Shown piece after piece: positions 12,881 to 25,625 of a stretch of DNA of 64,000 bases; positions within the stretch are counted from its first letter, which is position 1; the number at the start of each line of letters is the position of its first letter. Source of the DNA: Eledone cirrhosa (taxonomy: Eukaryota). Both the position numbers and the translations under genes were made by a program. Location: contig OZ024742.1 in NCBI GenBank assembly GCA_964016885.1, positions 178,126,001-178,190,000 on the forward strand. The letters are read 5' to 3'. The notes under the pieces are model-generated. The model saw only the letters and a list, made by a program, of their open reading frames with translations, was not told the DNA's origin and made no database searches.

Positions 12881-14441
12881 GTTATATAGTAAGGTGTATT
12901 ATTGGTTGTGTCGTACAGTCCAATAAACTTCTGTTAGCTATATTAAGTTCTCCACGCTTTTGTATATCTCCAATTCCATTTATGGGAACAGCTAGATGAT
13001 GTAATGCGGAGTATTTGTATCAAAATAAAGATCCGAAGGCATGGTATAAATTTCCAATCATTTTAATCACGACACATGTTTCAATAAGAGATAGATTGAT
13101 CGTGTGGTCATGATCGATTATTACTGATCTCATCAGGTGAATAATGAAATGTCTTCGAATCTTTGATATGAGGGAGGAAAAACTAACGATGTTCACTCAC
13201 TAGAGTTGTGTTCCCCATATGAAGATTCAGCAGCCAAAACACGCCAACTGCTATTGTCTTCAGTCAGGGTCATAAATATATCAAGTCTCTATCTCTCAAT
13301 AGCTGTAAAAGACGCTGGACAGGTCTAATCTCAGTATCAAATCTGTAGAATTTCGGTCGGTCACAATTAGTGTAAGTGAGTACACTCACACTCACACTCA
13401 TCGACGCGAGGTCAGAGAAAAAATATATATACCAACACAGTATGTACCGAAAGTTAGGTTACAAAACAACAAATGTTATATTGGTCAAATCTCAATTTTA
13501 ACGATGTAAATTAGAAAAAAATTGGGTCAACCACAACCCTATACACACGCAAGTAAATTCCGTTCAACGTTCTGCTATATGTGTATCGATTGAATTGTAA
13601 CATCCGTATCGTCTATATAGTGTATGTTTTGGTATATAGGCATCCATATGTAGAGCAAGTAGTCAGCTCGTATCGAACTCTATATGTGCCGTTGTCCCGT
13701 TGAGAATCCTAGTCCCTGAGTCTGTGCGTGCAAACACTGGCCATGTAGGCCACCAAGGGGCTCCATGTAGGGTTAGGTATTTGAGTTAAGCTATCAGTGT
13801 GTGCGTTTTCCCGTCATATGGGCCCTCGGGCTTTTAAGATAAGTATTTGAGTGGTGGAGGTGTGTTACCCAACACAAAATAAAATAAAATAACAAAACCC
13901 CGGGGATGTGTGTAAGCCCATTGATGGCGTGTAAGTAGTATTGTCCAATGCACACACTGACACCTTAACTCAAATACCCAACCCTACATGAAGCCCATTG
14001 GGGGCCTACATGGCGGGTGCTTGCACGCACAGATTCAGGGACTCGGATTCTCAACGGGACAACGGCACATACAGAGTTCGATACGAGCTGACTACTTGCT
14101 CTACACATGGATGTGTATATACCAAAACATACACTATTTAGACGATACGGATGTTACAATTAAATCGATACACGCATAGCAGAACGTTGAACGGAATTTA
14201 CTTACACGAAGACGATAGCAGTTGGCGTGTTTTGGCTGCTGAATCTTCATATGGGGAACAAAACTCTAGTGAGTGAACATCGTTAGTTTTTCCTACCTGA
14301 TATCAAAGATTTGAAGACACTTCATTATTCACTTGATGAGATCAGTGATAATCGATCATGACCACACTATCGATCTATCTCTTATTGAAACATGTGCCGT
14401 GATTAAAAATGTATACCATGCCGTCGGATCTTTATTTTGAT
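12879..14441 (-). mobile_element. Large non-coding fold-back (PLE-derived?) element between (TA)n tracts
   Basis: Inverted arms 13019-13261/14208-14441 and ~13551-13806/13947-14202; an HHR in each outer arm; no ORF. Confidence 0.8.
13064..13144 (-). ncRNA. Minimal type I hammerhead ribozyme with intact core; mirror copy ~14326-14406 (+) is decayed
   Basis: ttattcac-CTGATGA-gat..atc stem II-GAAAC-atgt-GTC-gtgattaa. Confidence 0.7.
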
Positions 14442-14464
14442 ATATATATATATATATATATATA

Positions 14465-14658
14465 TAACGAAGGAATTGTGGTAAGGAAGCAGATGGACCA
14501 TAACGCACCAAAGTACTCAATACTTAGGGTAGTAGAGAAGGTAATAGGAACAAGTAAAACCCCGATGGCAGAGCTCAAGCCGTTTCGACGGCTATTTCTG
14601 GACTGAAATAGCCGTCGAAACGGCTTGAGCTCTGCCGTCGGAGTCTTACTTGTTCCTA
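14465..14658 (-). mobile_element. Fold-back element, family A copy 2
   Basis: ~55-bp arms 14544-14598/14605-14659; (TA)n on both sides; contains GAAA-CGGC..GCCG-TC (HHR 3' half). Confidence 0.85.
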
Positions 14659-14737
14659 TATATATATATATATATATATATATTTCGTTTCTGAATTTGT
14701 TTAGCAATATTTTTATCTGAAATCGTGTGTTGAAACC

Positions 14738-14808
14738 GATATTGTTATACTTTGGGAGGGTCATGTTGCCAATAAGAAACACACGCACCAGTTGCTTTCA
14801 CTTCAATT
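14738..14808 (+). repeat. Short interspersed repeat (tgttatactttgggagggtcatgttgcc); other copies ~23195 (+) and ~54500-54565 (-)
   Basis: Three similar copies; class unknown. Confidence 0.55.
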
Positions 14809-14887
14809 TATTATAATAAATTTATAATAAATTTATAAATTTATAAATTTCTGGTTGGTTGGTTGGTTCCACAACCAGATAGTTGTT

Positions 14888-15677
14888 TATATATACTCAT
14901 AGTTCTTTCGTCACACACTCTGTGACCTCTTCAGTGACTGGGGATTCCTTTCTTTGTTTCTGTGCCTCTCCTTTGTTCTGTCCTACGCCATTTTGTTTCT
15001 GTGTGTGTGTTGTGTGCTCAGTCTGCGCATGCGCCACATCCGGGTGTCTGTGTGTGTTTATGTTCATTTATTTATTTGTTTATTTACATGTTACTGGTTG
15101 GTTGTTTGTTCTATCTATAGATAAGAAATGTATAACCTGTAAAATAAGCCCCCATATTAACTGTAAAACTAGAAATGTAGTGTATAGCATAAGATGTACT
15201 GAAGGACAATGTAGAGACAAAAATATAGTGTACATAGGTGAGACAGCTTGTAGTGTAGGGGAACGGATAAATGAACACTGGCGAGACCTTCAAGATAATA
15301 AAGAATCATTTGTACTCTACCAACATGCTAAAATAGAACACAAGGTTAAATTAGAGAACATAGAAATAAAAATAGAATCTACACACAGAAAAGACGCAAT
15401 GTTTAGACAAATTACAGAGGCAATAAACATAAAAGAATTACAACCAAAATTAAATAGAAAATATGAGTGGAACAGCAACATCACAACTTACAATTAAGGA
15501 CAAAATGAAAACACACACACACATAGAACAAACAACCAACCAGTAACATGTAAATGAACAAATAAATAAATGAACATAAACACACACAGACACCCGGATG
15601 TGGCGCATGCGCGACTGAGCACACAACACACACACAGAAACAAAATGGCGTAGGACAGAACAAAGGAGAGGCACAGA
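14888..15677 (+). mobile_element. Penelope-like element remnant: inverted pLTR, GIY-YIG endonuclease C-terminus, truncated sense pLTR
   Basis: 15111-15497 encodes CITC..NVVYSIRC..YIGET..R..EH..H..H..E..LN (GIY-YIG with Cys/His motifs, Neptune-like); ~14960-15112 is the reverse complement of ~15525-15677. Confidence 0.9.
14895..14939 (-). ncRNA. Minimal type I hammerhead ribozyme in the PLE pLTR
   Basis: tca-CTGAAGA-ggtcaca gagtg tgtgac-GAAAG-aa-CTA-tga. Confidence 0.8.
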
Positions 15678-15683
15678 GAAGCC

Positions 15684-17790
15684 ACCCAGCCTTCGCCCCG
15701 ATTTGTAAAATCCCGATTATTTTGCCTATTTTCCTCAAAATAAAAAATGTTAAAATGTATTCAAATATTGCATAACACTTTTTAAAGACTTATTTAGAAT
15801 ATCTAAATACAGAAAGTAATAAATAAAAATAATAGAAAAATGTATTCTACGAAAATTATAAAACATTTTCAGAACATCAGTATATATAATTGTTTCTACT
15901 TTAGGCACAAGGCCAGCAATTACCCAGTGCATTACTGGTACTTTATTTTATCGACCCCGTAAGGATGAAAGGCAAAGTCAACCTCGGCGGGATTTGAACT
16001 CAGATCGTAAAGGGACGTAACTATGCTGGAAAGCACGGTGTCCGACCTTCTACCGATACTGCCAACCACCGCCAACTCAGTATATATGATGTACAATTCA
16101 GTGTATATAATGTATAATCAGTATATATAATGTTTTTCACTTTTTCTTTGGAGCATACATGAAACATTTGTGGAGGCTTCCTACACTGGATAGAAACTAA
16201 CAACCTGCAGTGTTTGACCTTTGGACTTGTTGAAGGTCATTACGTAACTGACTCTCACCGTGAATTACAATCCTTTGAAACAAATAGGGACATCTGTTGG
16301 TATAAGCGGAATTCTAGGTATAGATACGATGTATCCCCTACAACATCCAGTGAGGATTTTGGCTTCGATAATGTGAGGTTGTAGTTCAGTCAAAACAATA
16401 CGCGCTTCATTGCACAATATTAGCTGATCCAGGTTTCTAAGAAGCATGATGACTGTTCCCTCTTCAATTTAATGCTGTGTGGCTGCATACCAGACGGTTC
16501 CAGGCTTTTGAGAAAATCAACGGGATAATGAACAGCTGTGTCCTTGTCGACTATTTTGTCGATATATTTATAGATCTGGATACCTCTAGGGATCATTTGC
16601 GAGAGATTTTATTGATAGCATTCACTGTGATATTTTTTTTTTGGGGGGGGGGGGCAAGGATTGCTCTTTCACACAGCTACGCCTTGTTGTAATGGGGGAT
16701 TTTGAAATTGGGGGACACTTGATCAATTAATCTATCAAAGCTTTTCACAACAGTACAAATGATGAAGGATCAAAACATCCTTCGGTATCAAGGGATATTT
16801 TGCCTTTACCAAGTTTCAGAAGCTTTTGAGCACACTCTGCAGAAATGTTGTCACCATGATGTTGTGCCTACATGTTAGTTCTTAAATTGAGTTTGGTCAT
16901 GTAGGCCGTAAATTTGCCGATTTTAGGCAAACCCGAACTTGATTGGGACAATTCCCCTTTGATAACACAGGAAATGTTTGTGGGAAGTCCCCTGAAAAAA
17001 CGACAGTGATTCCTCCCTATGATTGTTGTGGCGTCCCGGATATCTTCCAGTGTTCTCTGTCCAAGGTCTCCAATGCGTGTCTGTGTGCCATTGTACATTC
17101 ATCCCAAAAAATTGCCACACACCTTTTCAATACTTGGGCAGCTCCTGAGTTCTTCTTTATATGACACACAGACATTTTCTTCAAATTGAGACCTAAGTCT
17201 AATTTAAAAGCAGAATATGTCCGGCCTCCATGTAAAAACATGTAGCGACAATTCCAGATAAATTAACCGCTAGAGCTCTATTTTGGCCTTGTCAAACTTT
17301 ATCAAGAGGGTTTTACCAGTTCCACCGTGACCATCAATAACCCTTTTATTGCGTAATAGAATCAAGTATATTGTTATATACTGCTTTTTGATCATCTAGT
17401 AGTTTGGGCTCGTTTTCCTTAACAGGAGTGATGAGGTTTTCTTTGTTGTATGAAGCTTCTCACACAATTTCACTCTTTGACCAAAAGCATTAGTTTTATC
17501 GGAGCTAGGAAGGCCTAATAAATGCAGTGCAACTCCATCTATGTCAGTTAGTTCCATTTTCCTATGTAGTATGATGGTATTTACCGTATAGTACAGTTCA
17601 TATAAAGCTGTCAGTTCTACAAAATTCCAAAAATGCTAGTAAAGTTGTCTCTTTTGGTGCTATCGCTTTTAGGCTACTTTTTGGGCTGTAAAATACACTT
17701 GTTGTCCATTTGGAAAATGGACAAGTTTCTGCATCAATGGATAATGGGCCTGAATCAAGAACCCCAAAATACGGCAGAATTCAGGATAAA
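15684..17790 (-). pseudogene. Decayed, internally deleted Helitron RepHel (Rep-helicase linker plus PIF1-type helicase)
   Basis: Minus-strand motifs RILGFLIQAHYP..VHFPNGQQVYF, PKETTLLAF, Walker A IDGHGGTGKT (~17309-17338), IFWDECTMAHRHALE, MLLRNLD..LCN, IPRIPLIP, TFNKSKGQTL, KNIIYTDVL; degenerate 3' hairpin ggggcgaaggctggg at 15685-15699; many stops and frameshifts. Confidence 0.9.
15887..16073 (-). mobile_element. SINE family 1 inserted in the last codons of the Helitron helicase
   Basis: Full SINE; target duplication atcagtatatataat at 15876-15890 and 16117-16131. Confidence 0.9.
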
Positions 17791-18393
17791 AGGGCGATTG
17801 GGAGCATGTCGAACGAAGGTCAGATTAGTTGAATACACAAGTAAAAATAACTATGAAAAAATTTTTTCTTCGTGATCCCCAACAGATGTTTTTTTTATAA
17901 ATCTAAACGGTTGAGAGGTGCTTATCGGTGACGCCAAGGGCCCCCCTCTCTCACCGCTCTGGTTTCGGAAAAAGTGTCCTCGGCGAGTGAGTTAGATGTT
18001 AGATCGGTCGAAAACAAACGAAAAAAAAAAGCTAAAAGGGAAAGAAAAATTCCTACTGAAGAAATCTCCAAGGCTGGAAAAATCCGAGGGTCCCACACCT
18101 CGCCACCAACACCCATTTCGTGTGTAAGGAACAAAACGTGTGTTTGCGTGTGAGTGTGCAAACCTATATATACACATATATATATAGACAGTTAGAGTGA
18201 GAGACATAATACAAATAGAGAGTAAAGGAAATAGTGAGAGAAAGAGGGGAAGAGCGAAAGAGACATATGTGAGTGTGTGCGTTTGTGTGAGTAGTCGGCG
18301 AAAACAAGACAGAATACGGTAAATTTAGAGGATACTAGTTTAACGTTTGGAGGTGTGAGTCAATCGATATGAGTGAGAGTGAGTGTGTGTGTG

Positions 18394-18520
<127 letters not shown>

Positions 18521-18988
18521 TTGTATGTGTGTGTTTGTGTACACCTTTATGTGTCTTTGATATGTATGATACATGCATATGTTTCTGCGTTTTCTTCTGT
18601 GTTCTTGGTGTACTATATACGTATGTTTACTTATGTATGCGTCTACGTGCTGTATATGTAGTATACATATATTTTTTGTGTATTTCAGTATCTCTCCGCG
18701 TATATTATATGTGTTTGTATGTGGCTGTAAATCTTATGTAGTCTATGTATTTGATGTGCATTTGAGCATGATTCCATGTTCGTTTCGTATATTATATATT
18801 TATGAACATTTGGGTACTTTTCTATGTCTTTTATGTGCTCAATATATATATATATATATATATAATGCTTTCTTTATTTAAATAATAATGCTTTATATAC
18901 AAGGAAGATTAATCCATTTATAAGGTATCTATTTTTAAAGTTCTAGTTAAACTTTAAATAGTAACCTACATTGCTATGTGTGCTTACA

Positions 18989-19165
18989 CAAATTATTCCC
19001 TGTGATTGTTCCATATGTTTATTTTAGATATATATATATGTCAATCAATTTCTAGTTGATATAAAATGCTCGGATCTATTCATTGGAATCTTGGAGCATA
19101 TTCTACAGTGGATATGGCGCATGTCTCTCTGACATGACACCCTTAAATTAATTTAATTTAATTTT
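18989..19165. repeat. Interspersed repeat; second copy at ~58964-59130 in the same orientation
   Basis: High identity over ~175 bp, both ending at (TA)n. Confidence 0.85.
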
Positions 19166-19187
19166 GCATATATATATATATATATAT

Positions 19188-19645
19188 ATATACGATATTA
19201 AACAAATGGAAACTATATTTATAAAACCATATTTATTTCATTATACATATTTCAGGGATACCATATTAAAAATATGGCATGCCTTCTTCAGATAAAATAC
19301 AATATATAAGCAGTTTTATAAATAAATTTGACGTACCATAAATATTGATAAACTTTTATGTAAGAAGTTGGTTCTTACAACTTCTTACATAAAAGTTGAT
19401 CAATATTTATGGTACGTCAAATTTATTTATAAAACTGCTTATATATTGTATTTTATCTGAAGAAGGCATGCCATATTTTTAATATGGTATCCCTGAAATA
19501 TGTATAATGAAATAAATATGGTTTTATAAATATAGTTTCTATTTGTTTAATATCGTATATCTACTCCAAAACTTGTTGAGTGCTTTATATCAGTTATAAA
19601 ATATTTACTTGTTGTAACCCAACAATTTTAAATAAAACTTTTGCA
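19188..19645 (+). mobile_element. Palindromic fold-back element (183-bp arms, 7-nt spacer) with HHR core and 3' tail
   Basis: 19188-19370 vs 19378-19560, two mismatches seen; CTGAAGA-stem II-GAAA-tatgTA at 19457-19504; tail homologous to 35371-35450. Confidence 0.9.
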
Positions 19646-19669
19646 TATATATATATATATATATATATA

Positions 19670-19834
19670 TAACGAAGGAATTGTGGTAAGGAACCAGATG
19701 GACCATAACGCACCAAAGTACTCAATACTTAGGGTAGTAGAGTGGGTAATAGGAACAAGTATGACCCCGACAGCAGTCCAGAAATAGCCGTCGAAAAAAA
19801 CGGCTTGAGCTCTGCCGTCGGGGTCATACTTGTT

Positions 19835-19838
<4 letters not shown>
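19670..19838 (-). mobile_element. Fold-back element, family A copy 3
   Basis: Homologous to 14465-14658; (TA)n on both sides. Confidence 0.85.
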
Positions 19839-19877
<39 letters not shown>

Positions 19878-20702
19878 CAGAGAGGGGGTCGAGAGTGAAA
19901 TAGGTATATAGATAGAGGGATGTGTGATTGTATGTATATGAGTGTGCTTGTGTATATGCGTGTATGTGTGTATGTGTGTATAAGGTACAATGGCTGTGTG
20001 GTTAAGGTTCTTCAATACTAGCCACCAAAAAGTATAAGTTTCAACTTTATAACACCATTGTGCTATTCCTGTAGGCAATATACATAATACTGCTTATTTT
20101 ATATAGTATATTACTATCTAAATATCTGGGATACATATTTCTGTCTTACTTTTATCATTCCTAGTGAAATTATTTTTGGAAGGATTTTTTTCCGTTTGCA
20201 TTCAACACATTAAGTATATTGCCATTTCCACAGCTTTTTTATTGCAACTCATTTTCTATATCTATTTCTTCATGTTAGCATAAGGAGAATCCTTTTTAAG
20301 TGAACCAACTGATTTTTTTCTTCCTAAATTGCTTTTCCTACCACTAACCATTCATTTTCGAAGTGTAGACGCTGATGACAGAAAAAGTATTTTTATACAA
20401 CTTGCCTTAAAAAATGTGCATTCGCTTTAAGTTATCGGAAATTTAGTTATTAGACATTAGTTTTAACATTCTGAATCAATTTTTTTCTCTATCGAATTAA
20501 ATATTCGACAACTTCTAGTATAAGGATGGTATGACATCACCTACTATTAATTTCTAACTGCAGTATATCGAGTTAACGTTATGGTCATACATATATATTC
20601 TAAGGAACAACGTCCCAGGTTCTTTAACACTTGATGCAGTGGTAGGGATGCTGCCGTGATACACGGTTTGTCTTATGTATTTTAAAAGGTGGCGAAGCCC
20701 AC

Positions 20703-20829
<127 letters not shown>

Positions 20830-21073
20830 CAAGAAAGGAGCAATGTACAATACTTCAAATATAAATCTATATAAAATATTCCAAAATTCAGACCAACGTT
20901 ATCAATAATGAATTTCTTATATTAAGAATTATATTGATGGCAAATACTATTGAACAAATGTTTAGGAAGTACTTCTAGATAGCATAGAAAGTTAAGGTAG
21001 TTTGATATAAATTTATATATATATATATATGTGTGTATATATATACAAATAGTGAAGGTATTTTTTGCAAATT

Positions 21074-21164
<91 letters not shown>

Positions 21165-21174
21165 GTGTGTGTGC

Positions 21175-21243
<69 letters not shown>

Positions 21244-21717
21244 GCTATTTGGCGGGTAAAGTAAAAACAAAAATAGACACGGTTCTGTATCAAAATCAGA
21301 ACTTGCTAAGTGCTAGCTTTATGAGTGTATATCACCGAAAATAAGTAAAAATACAGGCATATGAATATTTATAAGACGAGTGAAGACATTTTTAATTTTT
21401 ATTTATTTATTTTTGCAAAAGGTAGCAATTATTTTGTCATAACACATGGCTATTATATGTCATTAAGTTATTTCTGATGCATTGCCTAATTGCACAAATT
21501 CTTCTCAATAAAAATATGACTTTCCTGAGAGAATGTTATTGTAAGAACTGATAGATCTCACAAGACGACCATCAAAAAGAAGGTAAAGCAGTACACATTA
21601 TTAATAGTTGACCGTTTTGTTCATCAACCTATCATGAGATACGACGTCACGCACGCACATATTTATACCTACAATCATATAATCATATACATGCTCACTC
21701 ACACTGTCACACACTGT

Positions 21718-21771
<54 letters not shown>

Positions 21772-22247
21772 TACATACGCACTGACATACACATTCATAC
21801 ACACACACATATACACACACACACACACACATACATACATTCAGACACAGACATACACATACACTCACTCACAAACTCATACACATACTAGCCCAAACAC
21901 TCGCACGCTCATACACACACACACACACACACATACTCATACACAGACACATTCACATAGACACACTGACTCATACACTCACACCCTGATACACACACAT
22001 ATACACATATACACATATACTCATACACTGCTAGACGCATACACATACTCAGACATTCACATAGCCACAATATGTTTAGTTAATTGCTTTTTATCTTTGT
22101 TAAATATATATCACTGTGCCAAAACTCATAAATATAATTTATTTGTCGTTAGTTGATTCTTGTGCTAATTTTACCGGCACATATGTGTATGTGTTTGTGT
22201 GTGTGTGCGTGTTTGTCTTTTTGTGTGTGTGTGTGTATGTGTGTATG

Positions 22248-22650
22248 TAATTAATAATGTAGTAGAGGAGCCGTCACAATGCAAATAATAAATATAACGG
22301 CAGAATTAGAGTAGAGTAAGAATGACAAAGAAGAACAATAGTTTTTACCCTATATTTCATAATATTTCGAGGTTAAAACTTCTTCATCAATTGAAGAAAA
22401 ATCAAGAAAAATCTGCGTGACTGACAAAATGATGGTCTGATTTTTCTAGATTTCTTTTCATTTTGATAAAAAGGTTTTCACCTCAAAATATTATGAAATA
22501 TAGGCAAAAAGTATTGTTTTCTTTTATCATTCTTATTTTACTTTACTCTAGTTCCACCATTATATTTCCTATTTGTATTGTGACGGCTTCCCCGATACAT
22601 TCTTAATTATAATCTCACAATGGTTCATATAAATTATGCCAACATACATA
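22248..22650. mobile_element. Older fold-back element with degenerate HHR
   Basis: Diverged arms ~22248-22413/22439-22609; minus 22355-22396 reads ttcaa-TTGATGA-..cctc-GAAA-tat-TA-tgaa. Confidence 0.7.
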
Positions 22651-22652
22651 TT

Positions 22653-22691
<39 letters not shown>

Positions 22692-22846
22692 CGTAAACAG
22701 AAATAATAAAGCAAATGACACAATGCATTGAAGAAATATATTAGTCTAACGCTTGAAGTAACAGGAAAAGAGTCTTTAAAACACGCACACACACACACAT
22801 ACACGCACGCACGCACGCACACATATATATATATATATATATAAAC

Positions 22847-22904
<58 letters not shown>

Positions 22905-22908
<4 letters not shown>

Positions 22909-23190
22909 GTAATCTGAGTTTTTCGAATATCAATAATATTGGATTCGTTTGCAATTATACAAGCACCCTCTTTTTTAAAGCCATGTTAGTAGAATTAGCC
23001 CCTCATTCTTGCTCTTGTGTTGGCATGTAAACAGAACTGTAGACACTAATGTTTCTGGGTATTACTCCAATGGCGGACTCATTCTACTGACATCGCTTTA
23101 AAAAAGAGGTTATTTGCATAATTGCAAACGAATCGAATATTATTATTAATATTCGAAAAACTCAGATTAAATTTATTGTATTCAGCCATC
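22905..23190 (+). mobile_element. Fold-back element, family B copy 2
   Basis: Arms ~22905-22995/23081-23175; (TA)n on the left; homologous to 7945-8205. Confidence 0.75.
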
Positions 23191-23361
23191 TATATATTGT
23201 TATACTTGGGGAGGGTCATATTGTTGTAATACAATTGCCAGAAATAACAACAGAACACACTCACTGTTTGGTTGGTTTTTCTTTTTCGCTTCTGCATCTT
23301 TTATATCTCCATAGTTAATTCATTTGGCCATCAATTTTTATTGTCAAAAATACAGATATAA

Positions 23362-23414
<53 letters not shown>

Positions 23415-23587
23415 AACAAAGTTCTTTCGTTGCACATCTGCAACATCATTAGTGGTACTATTATCATGTTTCCCCTCTACTGTATTGTATTGTAACGTCA
23501 ACGCCATTTTTTTTTATTTTATCTATTTATTTATTTATTTATTTAAATGAAATATTACCAATGTTAAACAATTAATACATTATTTAT

Positions 23588-23660
23588 TTGATTTACATGT
23601 TTCATTCTTCTACAAAGGATGTAGCTTTCAATACCTTTGTAGAGAAATCATCAGAATCAA
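23588..23660 (-). ncRNA. Minimal type I hammerhead ribozyme, fully canonical
   Basis: ttgatt-CTGATGA-..tctacaaagg/cctttgtaga..-GAAAC-at-GTA-aatcaa; 6-bp stem I; palindromic acatgt stem III. Confidence 0.85.
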
Positions 23661-24498
23661 TTATATATATATACCATAGAAAATGTATTTGGTTACCAAC
23701 TCTGTACATACGCCTCCATCGCGAAGAGTTGAAAATGTAAACAAGGTTAGTCATTAGAAGCGAAGAAATTATTTTAACAGTACTGATATCTAGGGGTTAG
23801 TCTGACAAGTATTTTCAGAACCTATGTTTTGATATGAATATACTATACAATTGAAGTTAGTGCATATACAATACAATTTATTTACTGAAGTTACAATCGA
23901 ATGTAACCTCAGTTAACGGTATTACATAAAATTATATGGAACCTTGTATTGGTTAAAATTATCTAGAGTTTACTAACATTAGTTTCAGTTTACGTATATG
24001 TACCATTTATTTCCCTAGGTGCATATGCTGACTATCTGAAAAATAAGAGAACTGGTGTGATGGTAGCGACCAGGCACAGTAGACTCGTAGTTGTGTGAAA
24101 ACTAGAAGGCAACTGGAACGACGAGTCGAAACGTACATTGTCCAAACATTGATGTATAATAGTTAAATTACAAACGAGTTGCCGGTAAAAGAAACACGAA
24201 AGTAAATAAAAATAAATGGTACTTTAGGACAAAATCACTGAAACATAAAAACAAACTCAGCAATAAAAGTCAACGTTATTCAACTTTGCGGAGTTCTTCG
24301 TTGTGTCATGATACCTTCATACCGATTTGGCGAAGAATAGCGGTAGTTTGGGATCCCATAGCACCGGAGGTCTCAATGCAGACACTAATACAATGTGCTG
24401 GTCGTAACTCCTGGATTAATAACAAGTATAACCGATTTACAGGAAGCTATATCTTCAAAGAGGCGTTGTATTGGAAAGTTTGTACCAATTTAGCATTT

Positions 24499-24775
24499 GG
24501 TCCACCTGATCATTTACACTTTAGCATGTGATCTACCTGGTCATTTACCGTTTAGTTTGTGGTCAACATGGTCATTTAGACTTTAGTTTGAAGTCGACCT
24601 GGTCTTTTATACTTTAGAGTGTGAACAACCTGTTCATTTAAATTTTAGAGTGTGATCTACCTGGTCATTTAGACTTTAACATGTGGTCTACCTGGTTATT
24701 AACATTTTTAAATGTTGTCTATCTGGTTATTTACACTTTAGTAAACGGTTTACTTGGTCATTTACACTACAGCGA
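24499..24775. repeat. Degenerate 31-bp minisatellite, about 9 units
   Basis: Consensus ~tggtctacctggtcatttacactttagcatg. Confidence 0.85.
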
Positions 24776-25254
24776 ACAGTTTACCGTAACCCTGATCTTG
24801 AACCTATATCTCACCCTAACCTCAAAATCAGCTGAAGTCTCGTTAGACAGATTACATCATTACACGTAGTCTATGGAGATTATTGTAGATTACACGCTAA
24901 AGTAGCACCAGAGTATTTAACGTTTAGATAGATATATAGAAATATATCATTATTCATAGACAGAAATTTGAGAAATTCTTTAGTAATTTACATGATTAAA
25001 ATTTTAAATCATAAGAGAATATCATGCCAATCCGAATTACCTTTTTGTTTTGAATTTATTTACTCTATATACGTATTTTTCCATCACTAATGTCACTGAC
25101 AGTAACGACTCCATTATATTATTTAGTGTTTATGGCAATAACTTTCTTTACGAAAAGTTACAGATAACTCTTAATTTCAAACCACCTCGGGTATTTTTTA
25201 CCTGTTTATTATTGTGCGACATTAATTTGTATTATATTCCAATACACATTGAAC

Positions 25255-25399
25255 ATAGGCATGGTTGTGTGATTAATGAAGTCACTTCTCAATCATGTGG
25301 TGTCGAGTTCAGTCCCACAGTGTGGCTCTTTGAGCAAGTGTCTTCTACTATAGCTTCGGGTTGACAGTGAAAGTTGATAGAAGAAAAATGCAGAGGCTT

Positions 25400-25402
<3 letters not shown>
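25255..25402 (+). mobile_element. SINE family 2 (CORE-like)
   Basis: ggcatggttgtgtg head, gttcagtccca B-box-like motif, ttgagcaagtgtcttctactatagc core. Confidence 0.7.
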
Positions 25403-25436
<34 letters not shown>

Positions 25437-25584
25437 CGCGCGCGCGCGTGTGTGTGTGTATGCTTGTTGGGAGGGTGTATGTGTGTATACATGTATGCAT
25501 AAAGTAAACGGATAAACAACACAAAGAAACGATTAAATACAATGAAGATATATTATTTTAACGCTTGATATAGTAGGAAGATAG

Positions 25585-25625
25585 TGTTGACGTTTCGTTT
25601 CGGACGACAGTCCTTCATCAGAAAA
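25585..25625 (-). ncRNA. Type I hammerhead core (weak stem I)
   Basis: tt-CTGATGA-aggac tgtc gtcc-GAAACG-aaa-CGTC-aa. Confidence 0.65.

Noticed and set aside
14883-15110. N-terminal half of the 204-aa ORF as real protein
   Set aside because: It is the inverted pLTR read in frame by chance; the same applies to the first ~22 aa of ORF 38219-38761
17697-17727. Plus-strand LVVHLENGQ suggesting an inverted Helitron piece
   Set aside because: The local sequence is quasi-palindromic; the minus strand already gives the collinear VHFPNGQQVYF motif
24290-24420. MADF-like peptide (LVSALRPPVLWDPKLP) on minus
   Set aside because: Too short and surrounded by stops
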